A DNA stretch of 43,778 nucleotides, filler included, from Catajapyx aquilonaris (Eukaryota), in NCBI GenBank assembly GCA_000934665.2. It is 2 parts of 2 records of this genome, joined end to end, with 100 filler letters (N's around TTAATTAATTAA, not from the genome) between each part and the next. Parts side by side here need not be neighbours in the genome. Positions count along the whole stretch, not along the records: positions 1 to 21,843 come from JYFJ02005962.1; positions 21,944 to 43,778 come from KZ539445.1. One strand, given 5' to 3'. The notes under the pieces were generated by a model. That model made no database searches, was not told where the DNA came from, and saw only the letters and a program-made list of their open reading frames with translations. The position numbers and the translations under genes were made by a program. Of the stretch, positions 11,748 through 24,014 are shown piece by piece. Numbering within the stretch: position 1 is the stretch's first letter; each line of letters opens with the position of its first letter.

Positions 11748-12009
11748 GATGATCTTGCTCTCTACTCGAAGCGACCTATGAAACAGAAGTTCGTGGTGAA
11801 TATGCCGGACCTGACAAATCTACATCAGCTCCTCTTTCCTGCGAACCAATCGCATCAACCTAACTTCCACCTTAGCCTGAATCAGACATAGCAGTCATTT
11901 GCAGAGCGATAAACGAGATATAAAATGGCATGTTGAGAGCGAATTACTGACTAGTATGAGTATGCATCAATTCATTTAATGTGTTATACAAGCGTGAAGT
12001 ACAGTTCGG

Positions 12010-12383
12010 TTAGTATAATCTCTCTTGTGGTCCTAAATCAATTTCACAGTTGGGGCCGGTGTATCGCTCCTTAGGATGGCAGAAGCACCGAGCTGGACCC
12101 GTGCAGTATCCTCCATTTTGGCATCCTCCAGGGCAGACCGGTGCACATGTCCCGTAGATTTCACTGTCAGCGTAGCCATCGCAACACTTGAACTCCCCCT
12201 GCCAGAAGCGAAACCACATTTCAGATGCAAGCAATTTTTACCCCCGACTTTTAAATTCCTTACCAATCCATCAGGCGACTCCACAGGAATACGGCATCTG
12301 TCAATCCGCATGGACAAGCTGTAGACTGCAGATAACGTAGACAAAAGTACAACAAGAGCAATTGCACGTACAGAGTGGGTCAT
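12010..12383 (-). CDS. Small secreted Nimrod-like CCxGY + EGF protein C, 2 exons (12383-12264, 12198-12010), ~102 aa
   Basis: Close tandem duplicate of protein B; PDGL|gtaagg; GEFKCCDGY...CAPVCPGGCQNGGYCTGPARCFC. Confidence 0.8.
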
Positions 12384-12665
12384 GATGAACTTGCTTGCTA
12401 CTCAAAGCGACCTTTTAAACAGCAGTTCGTGGTGAATCTACCGGACCTGACAAAATCTACTTGAGCTCCTCCAAATCGCATCAACCTTACTTCCGCAGTA
12501 GCCTGAATCAGCCATGGCAGTCATTTGCAGAGCGATAAACAAGATATGGCTCGTCACATGTTATGCAATGCACTTCCCACATTTAAAATTGCATGACATT
12601 TAGGCATGAAACAGTTTTATTGCCCCACTGGAAAATAACTACAGAAATACATGGACTAGCAAGTG

Positions 12666-13805
<1,140 letters not shown>

Positions 13806-13821
13806 TACTTATAAAGTGTAA

Positions 13822-14067
13822 CTACTGCGCAGGCTCGTCCAGCTCGTCCAGGAACTTCTCCTGCCTGACTGCGTACATGGAGTATCCGTATATCCCGAGG
13901 ACTCCAGCTCCCAGAAGCAGGCCGGACACCAGGTTGTTCCTCCTTGTCTTCTGCAGCATCCGCACTCGGTCCAGATTGTGTCTCTCAGCTGCGCGCATGT
14001 ACTCCTGCAGGGTGCGGTCCACCTCTTTGGACTGGTCCACTCGGGGCATCGGCTTCTGGCTGGACAT
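13822..14067 (-). CDS. COA3: Cytochrome c oxidase assembly factor 3 (CCDC56), ~81 aa
   Basis: MSSQKPMPRVD...RRNNLVSGLLLGAGVLGIYGYSMYAVRQEKFLDELDEP, the COA3 transmembrane and QE.FLD motif. Adjacent to TFB1M as in Drosophila. Confidence 0.9.
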   Translation of the reverse strand: MSSQKPMPRVDQSKEVDRTLQEYMRAAERHNLDRVRMLQKTRRNNLVSGLLLGAGVLGIYGYSMYAVRQEKFLDELDEPAQ

Positions 14068-14368
14068 CTCCAGGAAAGTCACTGGAAAAACCCTCGGGAA
14101 GTCTCTGGAAAAGTAAAACGTTGCAAGTCCATGTGCGTTGATTAGTTAGTTGGGGACGTGGCCGCTAGAGGCGACACTGTACGGCCGGTGGGGGTCTGTA
14201 CGGTGCTGCCATCTGTACTGTTGTGACGACTTACCGTATTTTGCGATACGGTACGGTTGTCCGGAGTGGGTTGCATTTCAGATAACGGCTTTTTATTAAA
14301 GCCCCTTACACAGTCATTTTCGGCTACAAGCTACAAGTAACTGTTATTTGGACGCTGCAGTGTCACAT

Positions 14369-14979
14369 ACACTACATAAGAGGCGCAAACATTCGATTTC
14401 CGCGACTCTCTATTTGGGGCGTTGCCGAGGCTGGTGGCCATTTTGAAGTGTGGGCAACGCCAACGAGGTATAAATAGGGTACAGGCAAAAATAGGGTCCG
14501 TCTTCTTTGATTCGTCCGTGTTCTTGCCGTGTAGTTGCCATGGCCGCCAAAACCATCAAAGATGGCGGCGGACCATATTTTTGCCTGTACCCTATTTATA
14601 CCGCGATGGCGTTGCCCACACTTCAAAATGGCCGCCAAAACCATCAAAGATGGCGGACCATATTTTTGCCTGTACCCTATTTATACCGCGATGGCGTTGC
14701 CCACACTTCAAAATGGCCGCCAAAACCATCAAAGATGGCGGACCATATATTTGCCTGTACCCTATTTATACCGCGATGGCGTTGCCCACACTTCAAAATG
14801 GCCGCCAAAACCCTCAAAGATGGCGGACCATATTTTTGCCTGTACCCTATTTATACCGCGATGGCGTTGCCCACACTTTAAAATGGCCGCCAGCCTTGGC
14901 AACGGCCCCAAACAGAGAGATGCGAACATCAAAGGCGTCGACAGAAGTTTGCGCCTTAGTAGGCCTATTATGCTCCCTG
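14369..14979. mobile_element. MITE family A, copy 2, with an internal ~85-bp unit amplified 4 times
   Basis: Ends TATGCTCCCTG|GTCACAC and the left flank carries GTCACA. Units start at ATGGCCGCC near 14540, 14628, 14713 and 14798. Confidence 0.9.
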
Positions 14980-15268
14980 GTCACACTGTCATGCTTTGTT
15001 TGGTAGGGAGGACACAAACGCATCTGGAGGAAACCATTGGCCACAGTCTCTTTTTTTGTGTGTGCAAATGGCGCACAACCGCGCGGTTGGCCTCAAAGTG
15101 TCCTCCTTTTAAGCCTGAAATAGAACCTAGGTCATGCGCTTTCTACCCATATCATTCAGGGATCTGTTAAGAAAAATATATAGTGTGGTCAGCAGCAACT
15201 TCACAAAAAAAAAAAGTTTGGGTGGAATTTGCGTCTCACTGATAGTCACTGCTAACTTATCACTGGTA

Positions 15269-15342
15269 CAGTGCTGGCCATATACTATCGAGGCAACCGC
15301 CAGCGACATTTTTCCGAAGCGGCAGAAGAAGGAATCTATTGC
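15269..15342. mobile_element. Truncated left arm of the Tc1/mariner-type MITE family seen at 29.2-29.9 kb
   Basis: TA|CAGTGCTGG...TTTTCCGAAGCGGCAGAAGAAGGAATCT is shared with 29251-29409. Confidence 0.55.
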
Positions 15343-15355
15343 TAAGTTACCAGTT

Positions 15356-15691
15356 TAAGAGGCGCAAACTTCGGTCAGCGCCATTGATTTCCGCGTCTGT
15401 TTGGGGCCGTTGCCAAGGCTGGCGGCCATTTTTAAGTGTGAGCAACGCCAACGATGTATAAATAGGGTACAGGCAAAAATAGGGTCCGCCGCATCTTTGA
15501 TGATGGTTTTGGCGGCCATGGCAACTACACGGCAAGAACACGCGCGAATCAAAGATGGCGGACCCTATTTTTGCCTGTACCCTATTCATACCTTCGTTGG
15601 CGTTGCCCACACTTCAAAAAGGCCGCCAGCCTTATTGGCAACGCCCCAAACATAGAGACGCGGAAATCGAATGTTTATTGTATGCTCCCTG
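15356..15691. mobile_element. MITE family A, copy 3 (degenerate, left end truncated)
   Basis: Same palindromic body, ending TATGCTCCCTG. Confidence 0.85.
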
Positions 15692-16680
15692 GTGAAACTA
15701 TCAGTGGGACGAAAATTCCACCCACTGTTCAACAATATCGCGCATTGTTCACTCCAGCAACTCGTTTCTGGAGCAACATTTGGGCACCTTGTACTTTTAT
15801 TGTTTGTTTCGGTTAGTTGGTCACACACACACACCCCCCCAAAAAGTGAAAAGTATACATATGGCATCACTTTTGTTTTATTATCGGTTGAAAGCGAGGT
15901 AATCATATCGACATGCACCTCAAGGTTGATTGGCCGTCTTGAACTGATCTTGTGCAAGTAAACATCATGGGAAGGGGTGGGGAAAGCTTACTTGTATATT
16001 ACACAGTTTGTTGCAGATATGTGATGCAATTTTGCGGATGGTTGGACGCGAGACTGCGGTGCAATATTATATGAAGGTGGTGCAAAAAAAATGAAAGTGA
16101 TACTAATACCAACAAATCAAAAGCATGAACTGTGGCCACTTATAGTTATTACAATAATTTGTATGGGTTGCTTTTCCGATATGGCAAAATTTCAAACTGT
16201 CATGACGACGGCATTTCCACCGCGTCTCGATCGCGTCTGACCCGGTGGTCGAGACGCGGTCGCCATGACTTGCGTTACTTCTGGTTGGTACGGCCCAAGG
16301 TAATGGCCAAACTGCGTATGCACATTGTCACGATCAAGTATGGCATTTTAAGACGCGGTCGAGACGCGGTCACACCGATTTCCTAACAAACTATTGCGAT
16401 TATTGTATGTTGTCATGTCCGCGTCTCGAACGCGGCTGGACGTCGCGTCCGGTTGCCTTCCGGTAGATCCAAAATTGCGCATGTCCGCGTCTCGAACGCG
16501 TCTAATTCGTATACAAACACCATGACAAACACCATCTTTATAGGCATTCAAAACCAGCGCGTGTGACTCAATGAAAGATGGCCGCCTGCTTCTGCCATGC
16601 ACACAATCCATGGGTTAGCTTTGTGTTAGAGGCTAGAAGAGCGAGGGAGCCCTGGCGTTAGAGGCTATCTCCGCACGTGC

Positions 16681-16770
16681 CCAATCAGCTGGCAGTGACG
16701 TCAGACTGGTAGTCAACAAAGCCATGCGCTCTAGCTCCTCTCTTCTTTCTTTTTTTTTATATTTTATATA
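16681..16770 (+). promoter_or_regulatory. Probable FBXO25/32 promoter (CCAAT, CRE, TATA-like)
   Basis: CCAAT at 16681, perfect TGACGTCA at 16696-16703, TATATA near 16765, followed by a GC-rich leader. Confidence 0.45.
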
Positions 16771-17087
16771 CCAGCGCAACCTCCACAGCAGAGTCGAGCA
16801 GACTTCGGCGCAGACACACACTACACCAACGAGAGCAGCTGATCTCTTTCCATCCCACCCAGGGGGCTAGTGTACACGCCCTGATTTAGGGGGTGGGAGG
16901 GCTGGCGGCCCCGGGTCAGGCCCATAGGCTCTTGAAGAAGCCTGGCTGACCCCAAAGGACTAGGTGAGCGTTGGCTCGGACCCTGGAAGAGGAGGAGGAG
17001 GAAAGACGGACTGCGCAGCAACAACAACAACAATACGCGCCAGTGAGTGTGGGAGTGAGTGAGAGAGGCACGGCTGCAAGCACAACA

Positions 17088-17206
17088 ATGCCCTTCCTCT
17101 CCAAGGACTGGAGGTCGCCAGGGGAGGCCTGGGTCAAGACGCACGAAGGGTGGGAGAAGAAGAAGGTGCTAGAGTGCGCGCATCTGCAGCACCAGAGCAG
17201 CTCCAG
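17088..17206 (+). CDS. FBXO32: First coding exon of an F-box only protein 25/32 (atrogin-1/MAFbx) homolog; remaining exons not found
   Basis: [30 protein letters not shown] matches the MPFLGQDWRSPGQ.WVKT..GW N-terminus of the family, followed by donor AG|GTAAAC. Confidence 0.85.
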
Positions 17207-17249
17207 GTAAACAAACAAACATAGGGGGACGGCCCTCTTACTTGACAGA

Positions 17250-18200
17250 ACAAATTGGCACCACTGGAGAGGTATAGAATCAGTGGTGCCAAGCTCAAAT
17301 CACGATAACTGTTACGCTGAACAGGTTGGCACCACCTGAGACGTAAAAAAAACAGTGGTGCCAAACCACAGGCAGGTTGGGTACACTTTAAAATCACGAT
17401 AACAGACTGTGGCTCTGAGCATATGTCTCAGCAGTGGGGTTGGCACCACTGGAATCTCGGAGCAGTGGTGCCAAACTCAAGTCACGATGACTGGTGCCGA
17501 ATATTCGGGCAATGTTGATAGACAAACACCTGCTTGAGCAATTGGCGCCATTGGGGACGTGAAGCAGTGGTGCCAAACTCAAAGTCACGATAACTGTAGC
17601 GCTGAACATTGTTCAAGCAGTGTATCCAACACCTGCGTGAACAATTGGCACCACTGCAGACGTGCAAGTGGTGCCAACACCTGCTTGAACAATTGGCACC
17701 ACTGGAGACGTCGTACAAGTGGTGCCAACACCTGATTGGACAATTGGCACCACTGCAGACGTCGTACAAGTGGTGCCAACGCCTGCCTGAACAATTGGCA
17801 CCACTGGAGACGTACAAGTGATGCCAACACCTGATTAGACAATTGGCACCACTGCAGACGTCGTACAAGTGGTGCCAACACCTGCTTGAACAATTGGCAC
17901 CACTGGAGACGTGCAAGTGTTGCCAACACCTGATTGGACAATTGGCACCACTGCAGACGTCGTACAAGTGGTGCCAACACCTGCTTGAACAATTGGCACC
18001 ACTGCAGACGTCGTGCAAGTGGTGCCAACGCCTGATTGGACAATTGGCACCATTGGAGACGTCGTACAAGTGGTGCCAACACCTTCTTGAACAATTGGCA
18101 CCACTGGAGATGTACAAGTGGTGCCAACTCCTGCTTGGACAATTGGCACCATTGGAGACGTGCAGTGGTGCCAAAGTCAAGTCACGATAACTGTGGCGCT
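17250..18200. repeat. Tandem array of 48/51-bp palindromic units (11 core units at ~17640-18175 plus 4 degenerate units)
   Basis: Unit AATTGGCACCACTGCAGACGTCGTACAAGTGGTGCCAACACCTGCTTGAAC with arms TTGGCACCACT / AGTGGTGCCAA. Confidence 0.9.
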
Positions 18201-19139
18201 GAACCTGTTCGGGGTATATAGTTGTGCCAACACCTTTCGGAGTTGTAATAGGGCCTTCCAGTGAGTTGAGTGTGTGGGCACAGGAAGCACCCGTGACAGG
18301 AAGGTGACCTTGAGGCCGTGACCTTGGCCACCCCTTTGTGTTGTGTTGCTCCGGTTTTGGCAACATGTTGTTTTTTTTTGGCGGTGTTGCGAAGTTACCG
18401 TCGAGTGACGATTTATAGTGCAAATCACGGCGCCTCCAAGATGAAAGTGTAAACAAGCACTGAGAGTGTTTATCATACGGGGTTGGCCTGTCAAGGTGAA
18501 GCCAATCCCGATCAGCTGACGCGGGTTATCTAACTACCTGCCTAGCTCCCACACTCTTCATGATAGCGCCGCAAGACCCCAGGCATCAATTACCCACCCT
18601 TGGAAGTACTATCTATCGCCTATAATATACATTGCAACATATATGGCAACCAGTGCAGTACAGGAAACCTGGCCGACACACTCGAAGGTCTATTACCTGG
18701 ACACACTACTTCCTGGCTGCCTTGAGAAAGTCGCCAATACGTGGAACCATATGGCACACAAAAAATAGGCTGTATAGTTGAATGGCTGCTTACTACAAAT
18801 GTTGGCAGCCCTGCTCATCATGACCAGATCCAAACGTTGCGCAGCAACACTCGGAAAAATAACACTGTAAAAACAGCACCATCATTTAGTGCGAATACAA
18901 AATAAGGTGTGCCAACATTTCATCTCAAGTAGGAAGGCCATCAACTATGGACCCCCGACCAACCAAGCCAATGTTGTAAACAATGCATAAATCAACCGGT
19001 TATAACGATGGATTGCTTTTTCCTCCCAATACAAATTTACGCACCACTAAGCTGCTTATTTGCATCATATAAATTTAGTGGTTATCAATAAATTAGCTGC
19101 CACAATAATTAATATATCAGTCTAACAGTTGAGAGTCAT

Positions 19140-19940
19140 ATAGTAAGATGTTACACCTAACATATTAGTTGTTAAAATTAATAAGTTATACCGGTATTAG
19201 ATGTTACTCTTAATATTAGATGTTACAATCATTACATATTAGTTGTTAAAATTAATATATTAGATGTTACGCTTAATATTAGATGTTACAATAATTATAT
19301 TAGTTGTTAAAATTAATATATTAGATGTTACGCTTAATATTAGATGTTACAATAATTATATTAGTTGTTAGAATTAATATATATGTTACACTTAATATTA
19401 GTTGTTAGAATTAATGTATTATATGTTACACTTAATATTAGTTATAATGAATATATTAGTTGTTATAATGAATATATTAGTTGTTGTAATGAATATATTA
19501 GTTGTTGTAATGAATATATTACATGCTAAAATTAATGTACATTAGATGTTACCAACTTCAATTAATATGTTAGATGTTACAAATTTCAATTAATATATTA
19601 GATGTTACAAACTTACCATTTATGTATTAGCTGTTACACTTACCGCTTTAGCCGATACTATTAATATTATATATTTTACACTTGATATATTAGCAATTAG
19701 CTGTTGCGCATGATATATCAGCTGTTACACTCGATGTTTGCGCAGTTGCAGTTATTATTATATTAGTAGATGTTAGCAGTCACATTTAATATATCAGCAG
19801 TTACAAATAGCATTTAGCTGTTGTTATGTTAGTTGTTACAGAAATCTTTTAGTTGCTACGATAATTTTTTAGTATTTACAGTAAATTTTTAGCAGTTACA
19901 AATTGCTACATTAGCTGTTGCAGTTAATCTTTTAGTAATA
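19140..19940. repeat. AT-rich minisatellite, ~20-bp unit (ATATTAGTTGTTA.../ATATTAGATGTTAC...), degenerating to the right
   Basis: Direct inspection. Confidence 0.85.
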
Positions 19941-21011
19941 CTAGCTCGGTACAAGCAGGCTGTGAATTGCATTGAAGTCATTTGAACAATTGGCTTTTTT
20001 TTCTTTCTTTTCAAAAGGCACATATAACTGTAATATTAGCAGCTAATAGTTTCAGAGCCTGATTTGAAAGTAATAAGAATGATAGCTACATGAGTAGCTG
20101 GTTTAAAATTACGCAGCTTAATCGCCACCTGTTTTAATGGGATGAACCTGCTGTACAGGCTGAACCCATTGCCAAAACTTGCGTCCACGCATAGTACCAT
20201 ATCCCTCGCACGTATGACGCATTGTCCGGACAAACAGAGGCACAGACTGCGAGAGGGGTTAAACACCTTTGGTCTCTTTCCAACCCGGTAGTGCCACCCT
20301 GCTTTTTTGGGGGGATCCAATAGCCAGGGATATTGCATCGGGTGCAAAAATAGCCCCACGCCACCCACCCACCCATCCTATCTATGGGTGGGTTCCAGCA
20401 GGGTGGGAGGCTAGAGAAGAGAGATAACAATGCAGCTCAGGTGAAGTGGAGGACAAAGGAAATTGTCATTTTTGCTCTCTCAGCCACTGACCTAGGGAAC
20501 AAAAAAAAACAACATGTCTGATGACTCATGAACCAGGGTTGCAAAATTTGCAATTTGCGAATACCGTGCGAATCTTTTTCGCAAATGGCGAATAATTTTG
20601 CGACGTTTGTCGAGATGCTTCCTTTAGCATGTGCGCATAAAAAGTGGGAATGTTGCACCCGGATCTTGTTTCGCGTGCTCTGGAGCGTAAACCACACACA
20701 AAAAAATCGCCACCCCCCACCCACTGGTGCATACACACAGCAGTGTGACGTACAACATAAGCCAGAGAAAGCTTATTTTGTGCACAGGGTGTCTCATCGC
20801 TTTTGTTATTATGGGAAAAAAGGAGGGGGAGGGAATTGGCGCAGCAAGTCCAGGAAATTGGCAATATTGCGTCGCTATATAGTCACTGTGCGAAACTGCG
20901 CAAAAACAATTTGGCGCAACCGTTGCAGGGTTTGCGCAAATGTTTCCTGCACATTTCATCGCCCTGCATAAATCTGACAAAAAAACTGTCCACGTAATAC
21001 CAAAGTTGTCA

Positions 21012-21335
21012 CATAGATGGCGCAATCTCCCTCTCTGCACAGTGCTGCCACTCTCAGGCGGAGGAAAGTGGTACTACATGCTAGCAACCATTCGATCATA
21101 GATGGCGCGCTCTCCCTCTTTGCAGTGCTGCCACTCTCAGGCGGAGGAAAGNCATGCTAGCAACCATTCGATCATAGATGGTGCGCTCTCCCTCTTTGCA
21201 CAGTGCTGCCACTCTCAGGCGGAGGAAAGTGGTACTACATGCTAGCAACCATTCGATCATAGATGGCGCACTCTCCCTCTCCGTACAGTGCTGCCACTCT
21301 CAGCTTCGTACGAGTAGTAGTGGTACTACATGCAC
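21012..21335. repeat. ~85-bp tandem repeat, ~4 copies
   Basis: CATAGATGGCGC...CAGTGCTGCCACTCTCAGGCGGAGGAAAGTGGTACTACATGCTAGCAACCATTCGAT is repeated. Confidence 0.85.
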
Positions 21336-21843
21336 CTATAGCTCACCCGATGCGGACAAACAGAGGCACAGACTCGAGCCAGCTCTATGTGATGACTAGC
21401 TGCAGCGGAGACCGTTCTTCGCACAACCTGTCTGGGTGCAAATGGGTATAAAATGAGTATAAATAGGTACTACCTCCCCTGCTACCTGAACAAACGAACA
21501 AACTTAGCCTTTTATATATGTGTGTGTCGTTGCGTACTATCGTCGCATTAAAAAAATTAGCGTATTTTTTTTTAAAAGTGTTGTAGTGCGTACACATTGC
21601 GTGACCTTGGCGAGGACAACTTGGCAGAGCGACTTTAGAGGGGAAGGAGGAAGTGCAACAAGCCAAATGCTATGGATACCCCCCCTCTCCTACCCTCTTC
21701 ATATACCCTCTATCCCCTCTCTCCCTATTTTACCCCACCCACATGACCCCGTCCTTGCCTAACCCCTCTACGGCCCAACATTAGATCGATATGTGCTTCT
21801 CTGCTATTGACTACGATGCGGGGGAGACTGGGGGTAGAGAGAG

Positions 21844-21943
21844 NNNNNNNNNNNNNNNNNNNNNNNNNNNNNNNNNNNNNNNNNNNNTTAATTAATTAAN
21901 NNNNNNNNNNNNNNNNNNNNNNNNNNNNNNNNNNNNNNNNNNN
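21844..21943. other. Artificial 100-bp scaffold spacer (44 N + TTAATTAATTAA + 44 N)
   Basis: Symmetric N runs around a linker that has stop codons in all six frames. Confidence 0.95.
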
Positions 21944-24014
21944 ATAGTAATAAAAAAAGAAAAGGAAAAAAAAAAAAAAACTTGTGAGTTTCAGGTGTTT
22001 GTGAAGGGGCTGGGTGGTACCGGTAAAAAGTATTGGAAAACACGCATTGCATGTTAAGACATATGGGATTACGAGCAGTCGTCTTTTTTTAATTTTTTTT
22101 TCTTCTTCTTTTCGGACAGCTCCAGAGAAAAGGCAAAATGTGAAGGGAAGGGTGCACGGTGCTGGGTAGGGACCGGGAGGGGAGGGGGTGACGTTTTTTT
22201 TTAAAATATTGGTGGCCCCTCACTATTTTTTGCTCTAAGACACCAATCGTTCAAATCAAGCGAAAGAAATCATAGAACAGAAGGCCGAAAAACTACCCAC
22301 ACATGTCAAAAGGCAAGTGGGGGGGCTTTTTTTTTCTGTTACCCTGGAAGCATTGAAAAACACACACTTTTTAATTATTATTATAATTTTTTTTTCTCTC
22401 TCCCATTCCTCTTCCACGAGCATTTTTTTCTCTTATTCTTCTATATACCCTCAACCTCAAACCCCTGGAAATTTACCCTTTGCCTCTAACAGATTTTAAC
22501 ATCGAAGGGGTGTTCAGTAAGTTTCCTATATCTGCATGCATAGCAACGACGCAAGAACAGGGCTTACAGTCCGCGGTAGAAAAACGTGCAAGTTCGTTAT
22601 ATAAAACTGCTGTCGAAACTAAATCGGGTTCGAACACAGCTGAAGCGACTATTCGCTACTGCAGCTTTGACGCAAATGTTATACCGCACCGTTCCGCCAT
22701 AGACTTTAACCCATGTTCTACGGCAAGTAGTACCAGTCACGTGATGAGAAATGCAATTGTTGAACACCTTGCATCACCAGTTTACGGTTCATTACTTTGG
22801 GAAACCTACTGAACGCCCTTTTTTTAAAAAAAGCAGTCATAATCATGCAAAGCCTGCCATAGACAATTTTGGAAAGGACGCCAAAAAATAATTCTGCATC
22901 GGGATGAGCGGGGGGTGGTGGAGGTGAAAAAAAATTGCCAAAGTTTTTTCCAGCAACACCTTTTTACCGAGTACAATAACCTTTTTTTTTTTTTTCCATC
23001 ATCTCCACTTGAACAATGTTTAAGCTACGAAAACTTTAATACGAAAGACAATTGTACAAAAAAAAAAAGTGGCGACTTTGGACACCAAGTCGAGATTGGG
23101 ATGCGGATTTTAAAAAAAACCAACAACAAAAAGCACACTTTCCATTTAAGGTCCTCTAGCACAAGACCCCAAAAAAATTTTGCAGAAAAAAAAAAGGTCA
23201 GCAGGGAGCTTTGATCAGGTAATAAGAAATCACCAAAAAATTGACACCATTTTGTGATTGACAACGGAGTAAACTTTTTTTGTCGAGTCTGTGGTCCACC
23301 AAATTGATAAAACAATATTGCCAAGTAAACATTATATATTCGCATACGACATAATTACAGGGGAGGATTGTCACACCTCCCCCACCCCCACCCCTCTCCC
23401 TCGCACGATTCCAGCCACGACCAAAATCGACTCGGAGTAACCCCTTTGCAAAATAAATAAGGTGATCACAGCAACAGAAATATATAAAAAAAGAGGAAAA
23501 TGTAGGAATGCTCCTTAAGCCGACACCCACCTGTTAAAAACATGTAAAAAAAAAATTCAATTCCGATTGGGAAGGGAAAAGAGTGCACCGGTTGAGGTGG
23601 CAGAAAAAACCAAAGAAAACACCGATGACAACTAATTATTTCTCCACATAAAAAAGCGAGAACATTTTGAGGGATTGGGTAAATGCGGGGCAGGGAGGGG
23701 GGCACGAAACGCAAAAAGAAAGCAGGTTACGACACTTGCGGCAATTTTTCCAAGTCCTGGCTCACATAAGCCTGGGAATAAGTTTGGGGGCAGGGGGCGG
23801 GCACAAGGGACATTTTTTGAGAAACATGAGCTTCTTTCCTTTTTGTTTTTCCAGAGGGCAGCGGCTGCAGGTAAGTGATGGGGAGGGAGGGAACGGGAAA
23901 ACGGATGGAGAGGAGGTGGGGTCAAATTATTGAGGGGAGGTTGTGGGTGGGGGTGGGTGATAGGGAGCGTGGCCCTTTGCTTCACGCATGTGTCGGCACC
24001 TGGAGACCCCCACG

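Noticed and set aside
14372..15170. Recurrent ORFs such as MADPIFACTLFIPRWR and MAAKTIKDGGPYF
   Set aside because: Translations of the non-coding palindromic MITE, repeated at every copy.
16190..16550. Repeated GAGACGCGG / CCGCGTCTC motifs
   Set aside because: Probably a decayed TE, but no termini or TSD could be defined.
17640..18175. CRISPR-like array
   Set aside because: Spacers are near-identical rather than unique, there are no cas genes, and the context is a eukaryotic intron.
20534..20966. Possible CAGGG...CCCTG element with repeated TTGCG motifs
   Set aside because: TIR and TSD matches are weak (CATGAAC vs CATAAAT). Probably an old TE but not demonstrable.
21888..21899. TTAATTAATTAA palindrome
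   Set aside because: Artificial six-frame stop linker centred in the N gap.
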